A DNA stretch of 64,000 nt from Desulfomonilia bacterium (GCA_963664325.2 CAXXDQ010000008.1:192001-256000), one strand, 5' to 3'. Shown: positions 17,915 to 29,160, counted from the stretch's first letter. Program-made: numbers and translations. The notes: a model not told the origin generated them from the letters alone.

Positions 17915-19034
17915 ATGAAAGGCGGTTTCGGATTATATCTTATAGTTGTTTTCATCGCCGTTTTATCCGGTTGTGCCGGAAGTAAAGGTAATGATGGCGA
18001 TATACATTCTCCGTCAGACGCAGAAACGGACAAAGCACGACTAGCGGAAGTTACGGTGAACATTCCGGAATTTCCTTTCCATGAGAATGAGACGGTTGCG
18101 GTAGATAAGGATATTATAGAAAACGCTGGCACAGCAGTTTACCCATGAGGAAGGGGAGGGTAAAACGGATGCGGAATTCTTTCTCGGCTATCTTCCTTTA
18201 AAAACAGCCGACTTGCTCTGTTCCGGCAATATTAAACATTATGAAACCAGCAGGCTGCTCGGAAACCTTTATATCTCGGGATATTTCGGCGGAATCTGGC
18301 TGAGGGACGCCATGGGCGGGAATGCCGTGAACTCGCGATCATTTTTGAACGATATAATGCCGGGCGATTTGAAGGCCGCAGCCGTTTCGGGTGATAATTC
18401 CATGGTATTCAGCATACTTGTGACAATGGCCGGCTCGAAAGTTAAAAGATCGGATTCAAACGATTTAATTGCCCTTGCCGCATGCCGTCTTTCCATGCCT
18501 TCATTCCTGCTCATATACGGATACAACTGGGGTTACTTCGATTACATCCTCAAGAATCCGCCTGAAGGCGCCGGCGGCATCGAACAGCCATGCAACTGCA
18601 GCAGGATGCTTGACTGCAGTGTTCCCGGGCTTGCTATCGAAACCCTTGATAAATACAAAAGTTCACGTGATATTCTGGAGCATCCTGAAAATGCCAAAGG
18701 CCTTTCGGTGCTGAGATGGTATGAGATGAAGGCGCTGAGCGGTATATGGGCAGAAGGGGCTGTCAGCACAGGATCCGGTGTATGGAAAAATATAATGAAC
18801 GAGAATATGGATAAAGAAACATACCTGCTGCTGCTCGACCTTTCAGCCCGGTTCATGCTTGTCGCCGAGATGAGCATCTTGCCTGCAATGAAGGGTTATG
18901 CAGAAAGCGATACCGATGCGTGCCGGTGCGGACTTCTGCAGCAGGCGGCAATGATTGTATGGGCCGGCAGCTATTTCATGGGCCTGAGTTCTGATTCACC
19001 TGCCGGGATATTTCCCTCAATAAACAGATCGTGA
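17915..19034 (+). CDS. Hypothetical lipoprotein; +1 frameshift near 18140
   Basis: Lipobox LSGC; the downstream frame is open from 18141 (ACC CAT GAG GAA...) into the 18213 ORF; extra T in GTTT. Confidence 0.6.
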
Positions 19035-19948
19035 GAAAGATTATTAAGACGGCGGCGTATTTGATTCTGGCGGCAATAGTGCTGCTTGCTGCCGATATCG
19101 CCGTCTGCTTTGTCTATCCCGACGTGTCCGTCTTAAAAAAGGAAAATCCTAAAAAGACCTCATTCATGAAATACCGGGAAAAGCAGTGGGCGGAGAAAGG
19201 CCTTGACAAGAGTGTAACTCAGAAGTGGGCGAGCTTTAACAGGATATCCCCGTATATGGTAAAGGCGGTTATCATAGCTGAGGATGATAAATTCTGGCGC
19301 CATGAAGGCTTTGATTTTGTCGCGATGCAGAAGGCCATTGAAAAGGATATTAAAAAGAAAAAGTTCAAGGTCGGCGGCTCGACAATCAGCCAGCAGCTTG
19401 CAAAAAACCTTTATTTAACTCCTGATAAGAATCCAGTCCGCAAAATAAAGGAAGCCATCTACACATGGCGGCTTGAGAGGAATCTTTCGAAGAAGAGGAT
19501 AATGGAACTCTATCTGAATGTCGCAGAATGGGGTGATGCACTCTTCGGGATAGAGGCGGCGGCCAGAAGATATTACGGGAAATCTGCCATATCCCTTGAG
19601 CCGGCAGAAGCTGCCAGGCTTGCGACCGTGCTTACCAACCCCATAAGGTTCAATCCTGTAGGGAATTCAAAATATGTAAGGAGCCGATCGGCATTAATTT
19701 ACGGGATCATGGTACGCCGGGGTATTGTGATTGAAGAATATGTTGAGGTGATGAATGAACCTCAGGAAGAGTCTGAAAAAGAGATAGGTCAGGAACCCGA
19801 ACCTGATGGTTCTCCTGCCGATACATCAGGCCCTGATGTTCCTGACACGGTTGACAAGGAAATACCACCGGTCCCGGAAATGGAATCGCCCGCTGTTCAT
19901 GAAGATGGAGTCGGAAATGATAAGGAATTAAATAAAGGGCCATCTTGA
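19031..19948 (+). CDS. mtgA: Monofunctional peptidoglycan transglycosylase with acidic C-terminal tail
   Basis: AEDDKFWRHEGFD, GGSTISQQLAKNL, RKIKEA, ELYLNVAEWG. Confidence 0.92.
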   Translation: MRKIIKTAAYLILAAIVLLAADIAVCFVYPDVSVLKKENPKKTSFMKYREKQWAEKGLDKSVTQKWASFNRISPYMVKAVIIAEDDKFWRHEGFDFVAMQKAIEKDIKKKKFKVGGSTISQQLAKNLYLTPDKNPVRKIKEAIYTWRLERNLSKKRIMELYLNVAEWGDALFGIEAAARRYYGKSAISLEPAEAARLATVLTNPIRFNPVGNSKYVRSRSALIYGIMVRRGIVIEEYVEVMNEPQEESEKEIGQEPEPDGSPADTSGPDVPDTVDKEIPPVPEMESPAVHEDGVGNDKELNKGPS

Positions 19949-19992
19949 CTATTGAATTCGGGATAATAATTTTCCATTATACACAGGAGGTT

Positions 19993-22344
19993 ATGAAAAA
20001 ATTCAGGACATTATTTCTCATACTGTTTGTACTGATTTTATCCTTGCAGCTGGCATCCTGTATAAATAGTAATGATAAAACACCCGCTGCACTTCAGGGT
20101 GCGATAAACCTCAACAACCATGACTTTGCCGGCCAGAACCTTGCAGCTTTTATGGCCGGCGGTTTTGTTATTATATGTGTTTATAACCTGATTCTGTTCA
20201 TGATACGCCGGAAAGACGGGACATTTCTTTATTTTTCTCTGCTGAGCATTACCGGTGCTGTCTGGATATTAATTTCACGGCAATACTTTATTCCTTTGCT
20301 GTTTCCCTCTCTGACCGGGGAAATAATTACAAAAATCGAATATATCAATCTTGTTATTGCCCTGATCGTATACGGCAAATTCATACAATCGCAGTTCAAG
20401 GATGAATTCAACAGGTATCCCGTAATAATAATGGAGGTCTTCGGCGCAGGTCTTGCCGTTGCTATACTTTTTACCCGGAGCTATCAATATATCAATGCCG
20501 TTAAGGTATACGGTCTGGCTGCGCTGATCTTTTTTGCCTATATGCTTTCGATAATGGCCGGAGCGCTTAAAAAGAAGAGAAGTGATTCTGTACCCATTCT
20601 TATATTAAGTGTCATCCTTCTTATTACCATCTTGAACGACATTGCAAAAAGAAACGGGATAATAATAATCAATGAGTACGTGTCTCCATACGGGCTTTTC
20701 ATGTTCATACTTATTGAGGCCCTTATTATTTCAAAACGTTTTATACGTTACCTGAGGGAAGAGGAAGGTCTTACCAGGGGTATTCAATCTTTGACGGCCG
20801 GACTTGAAGAAACAGAAAACCACCTGGATACGGTTTTTAATTCAATGTCATCCATGCTTGTCTCATCTGACAGCGAGGGAAGAATAGTCAGATCGAACCT
20901 TGCCGCACAAAACCGCTTCTCAATCCTGCCCGGCAATAAGATTCCTCAGATCATATGGGATTTAAAACCTTTTTCCAAAAAGCTTAAGACCGATATAAGG
21001 GAAGCCTTTCAGTCTCATACCTCGTTTGAAGCCAGGGGGGAGCACCTTAAGGAAAATGAAGGCGGGTATTACAATATATTTATAAACCCTTTCATAAATG
21101 AAAAGGCAGGCGGAGCGCTTCTGAGAATTGATGACATTACCGAACTTGAAAAGAAGGGTGAACAGCTGAAACACGCCGAACGGATGGAAGCGATTGGCAC
21201 ACTGGCCGGGGGTCTTACCCATGATTTTAACAATATACTCACCGGGATAACAGGTACAAGCTCACTCGTAGGTCATTACAAATTGAAGGACAAGAAATAC
21301 AAGTCCAAAACCCTTGAGAGGCTCGTTCTTATCGAACAGGCGGTCGGAAAGGCCGTTGTCCTGGTTAACCGGATTATGGCCCTGGCAAAAAGACAGGATT
21401 TCAACTGTACCGGCGTTGATCTTAACCAGGTAATAAATAATGTGACAAAGCTCTGCAGGAATACCTTTGATAAAGGCATCAATATTATTACAGAGACTTA
21501 CCCTGAAGAGGCCTATATTTATGCCGACCCGACACAAATCGAACAGGTGATGATCAATCTTTGTGTAAATGCCCATCATGCCATGACTATCATGAGGAAG
21601 AACGGCGAAAAATGGGGAGGTGTTCTGAAGATAGTGACAGTCAGAGTCGAGCCCGATTCCGATATTCTCGCCCCATATCCCATGCTTTCAGGGAGTCAAT
21701 GCTGGGCTGTGGATGTCATTGATACCGGGGTTGGAATCGATGATGATGCGATGAAAAGGATATTTGAACCTTTCTTCACGACAAAGGAAACAGGAACGGG
21801 CCTTGGTCTGGTTATGGTCTCAAACATAATACAGCAGCATGGCGGGGTCATTGAAGTGAAGTCCGGAAAAGAAACCGGGACGGTTTTCAGGATAATTCTC
21901 CCCCTCTATCATCCGCAGCATGTTGAACAGACCCCGGATTCGGTTCAGGAACAGATACCAAAAGGAGAAGGCCTGATACTGCTGGCCGAAGATGATGACA
22001 TCTTGAAGAAGAGCACGAGGGATATCCTTGGCTTATGGGGATATGAAGTGGCTGTTGCCGATGACGGGGTGGAAGCGCTTAAATTTTTCAGAAAGCGGTA
22101 TAAAAATATCAGAGGCGTGATCATGAACCTTTCATTGCCCCGCATATCAGGCAACGAGCTCTATATCGAAATGAAAGAGATAGATGCAGGAGTGAAGGTG
22201 ATTGCTGTATCAGGCATAAGGCCCGAACCGGGAATGATCGATAAATTAAGAGAAGACGGCAACGGCTTTATTGAACTGCCTTATTCCATGATGGAGCTGC
22301 TCAAAAAGTGCATCGAGGTTTTTCCAACAAGGGGCGGTGCATGA
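19993..22344 (+). CDS. 7TM-DISM membrane hybrid histidine kinase (PAS, HisKA, HATPase, degenerate receiver)
   Basis: About 7 TM segments; GGLTHDFNNIL; NLCVNA; DTGVG; FFTTK.GTGLGL; receiver LAEDD..VIMNLSLP; start at 19993 after AGGAGG. Confidence 0.88.
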   Translation: MKKFRTLFLILFVLILSLQLASCINSNDKTPAALQGAINLNNHDFAGQNLAAFMAGGFVIICVYNLILFMIRRKDGTFLYFSLLSITGAVWILISRQYFIPLLFPSLTGEIITKIEYINLVIALIVYGKFIQSQFKDEFNRYPVIIMEVFGAGLAVAILFTRSYQYINAVKVYGLAALIFFAYMLSIMAGALKKKRSDSVPILILSVILLITILNDIAKRNGIIIINEYVSPYGLFMFILIEALIISKRFIRYLREEEGLTRGIQSLTAGLEETENHLDTVFNSMSSMLVSSDSEGRIVRSNLAAQNRFSILPGNKIPQIIWDLKPFSKKLKTDIREAFQSHTSFEARGEHLKENEGGYYNIFINPFINEKAGGALLRIDDITELEKKGEQLKHAERMEAIGTLAGGLTHDFNNILTGITGTSSLVGHYKLKDKKYKSKTLERLVLIEQAVGKAVVLVNRIMALAKRQDFNCTGVDLNQVINNVTKLCRNTFDKGINIITETYPEEAYIYADPTQIEQVMINLCVNAHHAMTIMRKNGEKWGGVLKIVTVRVEPDSDILAPYPMLSGSQCWAVDVIDTGVGIDDDAMKRIFEPFFTTKETGTGLGLVMVSNIIQQHGGVIEVKSGKETGTVFRIILPLYHPQHVEQTPDSVQEQIPKGEGLILLAEDDDILKKSTRDILGLWGYEVAVADDGVEALKFFRKRYKNIRGVIMNLSLPRISGNELYIEMKEIDAGVKVIAVSGIRPEPGMIDKLREDGNGFIELPYSMMELLKKCIEVFPTRGGA

Positions 22345-24716
22345 AGAAGTCAGGAATGAGGCTGCATATACTTTTTCTTGTGTTCATAATTTTTCTCCAG
22401 TTTTCGGCATACGGCAGCCTTGATGGCCGCGAAAAGCCAAAGGCTTTGAACGGAACGGATAAGGCAACAGAATCGGTAAACATTGACAGCCAGGAAATCA
22501 CAGAAAGAAGCCAGGAAATAAAAACTAGTCTCGAGATGATGCTCATTGGATGCTTTCTGGTTATGGGTATCTATAATCTCATATTGTTCTTTTTCTTCAG
22601 GAAAGAGGCGCCGTATGCGAATTTAGGGGCTCTCTGCATTCTTGCATGTGTATGGACGGCAGCAGCTTCCAGGATGTATATCATGCCCTTTTTATCAGGT
22701 TCTGATTCTGAATTGCTGAAAAAAGTTGAATTTATCGCGTATGCCCTTTGTATACCATTATATGTAACTTATGTAAGGAGTCTGTTCGCTGAAGATTTTA
22801 AAATGGCAGTCATCAAGGTAATATGGGCGGCCGGGATCATATCGTGTGCGCTGTTGCTTTTTACCCCGTATCTTGAAAACATTCGCATACTGAAATTTTA
22901 TGACCTGCTGAGCTTTGCCATATGTATTTATACTTTCATCATGCTTGTCGGCACTTCAATGAAAAAACGCAACGGATCATATGTAATGCTTGCAGGAACG
23001 GTTGTCGTCAGTTTCGGGGTATTCGGCGACATACTTTCCAGGCAGGGTGTTATTTCGACCGGAGGCATGGGTTCATATGGACTCATGATATTTCTTTTGT
23101 TGCAGATATACATTATTTCTTCCAGATTTATAAACTCATACAGAAAAGAAGTTACATCAAGACATTCCCTGATGCGAAAATCCTTTGAACTGGAAAAATC
23201 CAAAAACCTTCTGAAATGCATTTTAGATTCCCTGTCGTCACCGCTTATAAGCGTTGATGATAACATTATCATCAGTGAAATAAACGTACTTGCGCGCAAA
23301 TGCCTGCCGGAGGAGAAAGTTGAAATCGCAGGCAAAAGACTCTGGGAAATAATTCCTGTGAGGGAAGAATACAAAGGGACTCTTGAAGAGGTCATAAAAA
23401 CCTCAAATCCGGCAAATATAAGCAGCAAGCGGGTTATAAAAGACGACAAAAGGCTTTTTAATATCAGCATCAGTCCTCGTTGTTGATTCAAGCTGTACGG
23501 GCGCCGTAATACTCGCGGATGACGTGACCGAGATAAACAGGAAAGAGGAGCAGATCAAGCAGTCACAGAAAATGGAAACCATAGGTATAATTGCAGGTGG
23601 CCTGGTACATGATTTCAATAATGCACTGGGCGGCATTCTCAGCACAGCAACACTGATGAAACATTGCATTACCGAAGGCATAGAAAGCGGCAGGGTCTCG
23701 GAAAGAATTTCAATGATTGAAACGGCTGCGAAAAATGCCGCCGGGCTTGTCGGGAGGTTTCTTAACCTGACAAAAAAACATGATGTCGTTTATGTACCGG
23801 TCGATCTTAACAACACAGTTCAGCATGTAGCCAAGATATGCAGGGATACTTTCGATAAAACCATTGAGATTCATACGGGATATCTTCTGGAGGAGGCCTT
23901 CATCCTGGCTGATGAATTACAGATCGAACATCTGCTCCTTAACCTTTGTATTAACGCATCCCAGGCAATGACAATGATGAGGGAAGGGAGGAAAATCCCG
24001 GAGGGGTGCTTGATATATCAATGGGAAGCATCGATGCCGCCGATGATCTTTTCAGAAGGCATAAAGAGATCAAACCCCAGGACTTCTGGACTGTCAGCGT
24101 ATCCGACACCGGAGTTGGAATGGACAGTGACACGCTTTCAAAGATATTCGAGCCTTTTTTCTCAACAAAGGGGACAGGTACCGGGCTCGGGCTGATGATG
24201 GCAGAGAGCATTGTAAAACAGCATGAGGGTTTCATTGATGTCAGGTCAATAAAAGGCAAGGGCTCCTTGTTCATGGTATGCTTCAAAAAATACACAGGCG
24301 CCGTTTCCGAACCCGTCCTTGCAAAGACTTCGGTAAAGCACAAGGCAGAGGGAGAAGGAATAATCCTGCTTGCAGAGGATGATGAGATTATCCGCGAGAT
24401 GGCCAAAGAGCATCTTGAAGAAAACGGTTATAAGGTTATTGAGGCGAAAAACGGTGAAGAGGCCCTGAGTATATTCAGGCAAAAATATTCCGAGATAAGC
24501 GGCGTTTTCATGGACACCGCCATGCCGGTCATGTCAGGAAGAGATGCCTTTCTAGCCATGAAAGAAATCGATCCCGAAGTAAAGGTACTTTTAACTTCAG
24601 GCTTCGCGCATGACCCGGCGGTAAAGGACGCCATATCCCAGGGTGTCAACGCATTTCTCAACAAACCTTATTCAATGCCGGCATTGCTGGCTAAGATAAG
24701 AGAGGTTTTCGACTGA
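22341..24716 (+). CDS. Second 7TM-DISM hybrid histidine kinase; frameshifts near 23478 (+1) and 23988 (-1)
   Basis: ORFs 22308-23486, 23524-24195 and 24006-24716 tile the paralogous architecture: GGLVHDFNN, DTGVG, GTGLGL, receiver VFMDTAMP..FLNKPY; ATGA overlap with the upstream kinase. Confidence 0.82.
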
Positions 24717-24831
24717 CCGAATCCTACAGCTGCAGCATGCTGCACCGAAAATCCTAGCAAGGATATCCAAAACATCCATATCTGTTAACGCACAATATTC
24801 CGGGACCGGTCCCTCCTGAAAAAAATCACAG

Positions 24832-24860
24832 GGAACTTTTTTCTCTCCTGCGGTGTCTCA
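24832..24860 (+). promoter_or_regulatory. ECF (RpoE/AlgU-type) promoter
   Basis: GGAACTT-N16-GTCTCA about 25 nt upstream of the VIT gene; an ECF sigma gene lies directly downstream of that gene. Confidence 0.65.
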
Positions 24861-24884
24861 GTACGAAAAATAATTTTCCGGAGG

Positions 24885-27224
24885 ATGAAAATGGAATTTC
24901 TCAGATTTTTTACAGCAATACTGGTTATGGTTTCGGGACTTTTTTTTTCTGGGAAGGCGGATGCTCAACAGGAAGATGGCGGGGATAGGACGCTCTCGCC
25001 ATATTTTTTTGTTAAAAGCGATGATTCAGGACTTGACCAGATGCCCCTCAAATCGACATCGGCCGATGTAAGCATCTCGGGTGTGATTGCAGATGTAAAG
25101 GTTACGCAGGTTTATAAAAATGCAGGTAAAAAGCCTCTCGAGGCCATATATGTATTTCCTGCGTCAACAAGGGCCGCAGTTTACGGGATGAAGATGATCA
25201 TCGGGAAACGCATTATCGAGGCAAAGATCAAAAAGCGCGATGATGCGAGGCAGGAATATGAGCAGGCGAGAAACCAGGGCAGGAGCGCGTCTCTTCTTGA
25301 ACAGCAGCGTCCCAATGTGTTCCAGATGAATGTAGCAAACATCATGCCCGGTGACGAAATCAGGGTTGAGCTTAAATATACCGAGCTTATCATTCCTTCA
25401 GACAAGGTCTACGAGTTTGTCTACCCTGCTGTAGTCGGACCCAGGTATTCCAACCAGGCTGAAGGCAGTGCGCCCCTTTCAGAAAAATGGTCTCAGAATC
25501 CCTATCTGAAACAGGGAAACTTACCGTCATACGCGTTTGGAATGAATGTGAAGCTACTGGCAGGCCTTCCGATAAGCCAGATAACATGCCCGACACACAA
25601 AGTGAAGATCTCGTTCAGTTCAAAGACGAATGCGCTGATAAATCTTGATAAGTCGGAAACATACGGCGGAAATAAGGACTACATACTCCGCTACCGCCTT
25701 GACGGAGATATTATAAAATCAGGGCTGATGCTTTCGGAGGGCAGTAACGAAAACTTTTTCCTGCTCATGATGCAGCCGCCTAAGAGGGTAACCAATGCCG
25801 ACATCCCGGGCCGGGAATATATTTTTATCGTCGATGTATCGGGCTCGATGCATGGTTTTCCGCTTGATATATCTAAAGAACTCATGAGAAATCTCATCGG
25901 CAATTTAAGGCCTACAGACAAGTTCAATGTCATGCTGTTTTCAGGCGGCTCAACCGTAATGGCAGATGAATCTCTAAGTGCTACGCCTCAAAATATTGCC
26001 CGGGCAATCAACATGATCGACAGCCAGCAGGGCGGCGGCGGCACCGAACTCCTTCCTGCTCTTAAACGTGCGCTGTCATTGAATAAGGCAAAGGGTGTTT
26101 CGCGCACGGTGGTCATTGCCACGGACGGCTATGTAACGGTTGAGGAGGAGGCGTTCGAGCTTATCCGCAACAATCTGGATGATGCGAACATGTTCGCCTT
26201 CGGGATAGGCTCGAGCGTCAACCGCCACCTTATTGAAGGCATTGCGCATGTTGGCATGGGCGAGCCTTTCATAGTCGAAAAACCCGGGGATGCCGCAGCC
26301 AAGGCCGGGAGCCTGAGAAAGATGATAGTCTCTCCTGTACTTACGCAGATAAAAGTTAAATATGACGGTTTTGATGTCTATGATGTTGAGCCGCCCAGCA
26401 TACCCGATGTGCTTTCAGAAAGGCCGGTTATAATATTCGGTAAATGGCGCGGCCGGCCCTGGGGGTCAGTCACCCTGAGCGGTGTTACGGGAAACGGGAG
26501 ATATGCGGATACGATAGATGTGTCACTAACAGTGCCCGACAAAACCGAGGCCTTGAAATATCTCTGGGCCAGGCAGCGCATAACGCTCCTCTCGGACTAC
26601 AACAAGCTGCGCTCTGACGATAAACGGATCAGGGAAGTTACCGACCTGGGGCTTACATACAATCTGCTGACCGCTTACACATCATTCGTGGCCGTCGATA
26701 CCGAAATCAGAAATAGAAACGGCAAAACTTCAGCCGTAAAGCAGCCTCTCCCACTGCCTGAGGGTGTCTCCGATTATGCCGTGGGAGGATGTTTCCCAAA
26801 GGGCCTTAATGCAGTGTCGGCAGAAGCATTGAAATTGCAGGCGGCACCGTCAGTGTTTTACAGGGGCGGCAAGGACAAGCAACAGGATTCGTCAATGAAA
26901 GAAGAGAAAGGTGGATCCGCCTGCAGCCTTAATGCTCAAGTGATAAGGGTATCAGGGAAGCTTTCCGGTCTCGCTGTTGCAAACACGGCCAATGCCCGTA
27001 TAAAGGGACTTGAAACATGCATAACAGGCAATGGTTATGCGGGGAAAATTACTGTTAAGCTGAAGATCAATGCGGACGGAACCGTCAGGGATGTGGACCT
27101 GAAATCGTCAAAGGCTCTGAGTGAAGCTGTCAGGAACTGCCTGATTCAGGGAATAAAGCAGTGGATATTCCTCAAGTCTTCAGGCCGGACTGAAGCTGAA
27201 TTTATAATCGGAAAATCGAAATAG
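24885..27224 (+). CDS. Exported VIT + vWA protein with C-terminal TonB-C/AgmX-like domain
   Basis: Signal peptide; VIT (ADVKVTQVY.N..LEAIYVFP); MIDAS DVSGSM, GGGTEL, ATDG; TSFVAVD; C-terminal GKITVKLKINADGTV..CL...IKQWIF. Confidence 0.85.
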   Translation: MKMEFLRFFTAILVMVSGLFFSGKADAQQEDGGDRTLSPYFFVKSDDSGLDQMPLKSTSADVSISGVIADVKVTQVYKNAGKKPLEAIYVFPASTRAAVYGMKMIIGKRIIEAKIKKRDDARQEYEQARNQGRSASLLEQQRPNVFQMNVANIMPGDEIRVELKYTELIIPSDKVYEFVYPAVVGPRYSNQAEGSAPLSEKWSQNPYLKQGNLPSYAFGMNVKLLAGLPISQITCPTHKVKISFSSKTNALINLDKSETYGGNKDYILRYRLDGDIIKSGLMLSEGSNENFFLLMMQPPKRVTNADIPGREYIFIVDVSGSMHGFPLDISKELMRNLIGNLRPTDKFNVMLFSGGSTVMADESLSATPQNIARAINMIDSQQGGGGTELLPALKRALSLNKAKGVSRTVVIATDGYVTVEEEAFELIRNNLDDANMFAFGIGSSVNRHLIEGIAHVGMGEPFIVEKPGDAAAKAGSLRKMIVSPVLTQIKVKYDGFDVYDVEPPSIPDVLSERPVIIFGKWRGRPWGSVTLSGVTGNGRYADTIDVSLTVPDKTEALKYLWARQRITLLSDYNKLRSDDKRIREVTDLGLTYNLLTAYTSFVAVDTEIRNRNGKTSAVKQPLPLPEGVSDYAVGGCFPKGLNAVSAEALKLQAAPSVFYRGGKDKQQDSSMKEEKGGSACSLNAQVIRVSGKLSGLAVANTANARIKGLETCITGNGYAGKITVKLKINADGTVRDVDLKSSKALSEAVRNCLIQGIKQWIFLKSSGRTEAEFIIGKSK

Positions 27225-27436
27225 GATACAGGGATAAGGCAGGATTTTCCCCTTGGGCCGGAATGAGAAAAAAAGAAAGAAATGAATCAAAAATTGAATT
27301 GTCATCACCATCATTCCGGACCCCATAAAGAAACGGAAAATCCTGCCATCATTCTGGCTCCTGACTCCTGTCTCCATTACTCTCATATTTTAAATTTCTC
27401 CTTGACTTTATGCCCAAAGTCTATTGTCCATAGGGT

Positions 27437-28093
27437 GTGGGTATATTCGTTAGAAAACCGGAAAAGGATCATAACCGGCCCGGAACAGGGTTGCCGCTCA
27501 ATGTTGAAGATGAAGATGCAATATTCATCATCCGCTGCCTTGCAGGCAATGCAGAGGCCTTCGGTGTTATCGTCAAAAGGCATCAGGACAGGATGCTTAA
27601 CATGGCCTACAGGATAACGTCCGATTACCAGGAAGCCCTCGATGTTGTTCAGGACTCATTTCTGACGGCATACAAAAACCTGGCAAAGTTCAAGGGCGAG
27701 TCGCTTTTTTCCACATGGCTTGCCAGTATTGTCATTAACCATTCCAGAAACAGGGTGAGAAAAACGGGACGGCTTAAAAGGCATGAATGCACTTCCATCG
27801 ATGCACCGGTGTTGAACGACAGGGGGGCGATAGCACTTGAACCGGCAGACAGGGGGCCGACTCCTCTGGACAGTCTCATAAAGGGCGATCTCGATGAGAA
27901 AGTCCAGGAATGCATAAGCGCCCTTGACGGGGACCAGAGGGTGGTACTCGTATTAAGGGAGGTTGAAGAATACTCCTACGATGAAATAGGCGGCATGCTC
28001 GGCCTGCCGGATGGCACTGTCAGGTCAAGGCTTTTCAGGGCAAGAGCGCTTTTGAAAGAGTGCCTTAAAAAGTTTATGGGTGAAATCATATGA
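27437..28093 (+). CDS. ECF sigma-70 factor (start uncertain)
   Basis: ALDVVQDSF, FSTWLASI..N, LREVEEYSYDEI, GTVRSRLFRAR. Confidence 0.92.
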   Translation: MGIFVRKPEKDHNRPGTGLPLNVEDEDAIFIIRCLAGNAEAFGVIVKRHQDRMLNMAYRITSDYQEALDVVQDSFLTAYKNLAKFKGESLFSTWLASIVINHSRNRVRKTGRLKRHECTSIDAPVLNDRGAIALEPADRGPTPLDSLIKGDLDEKVQECISALDGDQRVVLVLREVEEYSYDEIGGMLGLPDGTVRSRLFRARALLKECLKKFMGEII

Positions 28094-29148
28094 ACTGCGA
28101 AAACATAAAAGAGCTTCTGAATGCATATATTGATAATCTCCTCAGTGAGAAAGAGAGAGAAATAGTTCAGGCCCATATTGCATCGTGTCCCTCGTGCAGA
28201 AAGGAGCTCGGCGAGCTCACCCAAGCCGTTAATCTGGTCCGTCGACTTGACAGGGTTGTGCCGCCTCCATGGTTTTCGGAGCAGGTAATGAAAAATATAA
28301 GAAAAGAGAAAAAGGAGAAGGGCGTTATCAACCGCCTTTTCTATCCGCTGCATATAAAATTGCCTGTACAGGCATTTGCAACCATTATCATAGCAGTGTT
28401 TGCCGTCTATATCTACAGGGCGACAAGTCCTGAAATGAAACCTTTGATTCAATCCCAGCCGGTTCTCAAAGAATCCAGAGAAGTCATGGTACAGGGTTCT
28501 GGTGATAGGCAAGTCAGGCCGATGCCCCTGGAGGCCGGTAAAATCAGCAATAAACCTGAAAGATTAACCTCGGAGAAGGCGCTTGTTCAAAAGAATGAAT
28601 TGCCGCAGGTCAAGCAGGCGGAAAAGCCTGCTGCAGCACCTGTGCCCGGATCAAAGGACACTCTTGCAGTAGAGAAAAAACAGGTCGCCCCTTCTGTAAA
28701 GATAAAGGAAAAAAATGAGATCATGCATGATCAGGAAACATTAAGTCTTGAAGCAATGGGGAAGACAAAAGGGGAAACCGCTGGAGAGCCTGATGAATCA
28801 CTGGCCCGGGAAGAAATGAAAGAGGCCGGAGCACCTGAGATGCAGGTGAAGGCGGCTCCTTCGCCCGTAATGATAGATGTGTCTGTCACTGTTGCAGACG
28901 GTGACAAGGCGATCAAAGACATATCTTTCATGCTCGGTGCCATGAAAGCGCGTGTAATAGGTAAGTATTCTACAGGAACCGATACGGCTATCCTTGCAGA
29001 AACGAGAGGGGCTGACGCAAAGAAGGTCTTCGAGAAGCTCAGGCAATCTGGTGAGGTAAGCATAATAACGAGGAATCCTGATGTATCGGGAGAAAAAGTT
29101 GTAATGAGAATCAAGGTTGTCGGCAGGCAGCCGCAGGTCAATCCCTAA
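28090..29148 (+). CDS. Zinc-binding (zf-HC2/ZAS) transmembrane anti-sigma factor
   Basis: MNC...HIASCPSC, single TM, long periplasmic region; ATGA overlap with the sigma gene. Confidence 0.88.
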   Translation: MNCENIKELLNAYIDNLLSEKEREIVQAHIASCPSCRKELGELTQAVNLVRRLDRVVPPPWFSEQVMKNIRKEKKEKGVINRLFYPLHIKLPVQAFATIIIAVFAVYIYRATSPEMKPLIQSQPVLKESREVMVQGSGDRQVRPMPLEAGKISNKPERLTSEKALVQKNELPQVKQAEKPAAAPVPGSKDTLAVEKKQVAPSVKIKEKNEIMHDQETLSLEAMGKTKGETAGEPDESLAREEMKEAGAPEMQVKAAPSPVMIDVSVTVADGDKAIKDISFMLGAMKARVIGKYSTGTDTAILAETRGADAKKVFEKLRQSGEVSIITRNPDVSGEKVVMRIKVVGRQPQVNP

Positions 29149-29160
29149 CAGGAAACAAAG

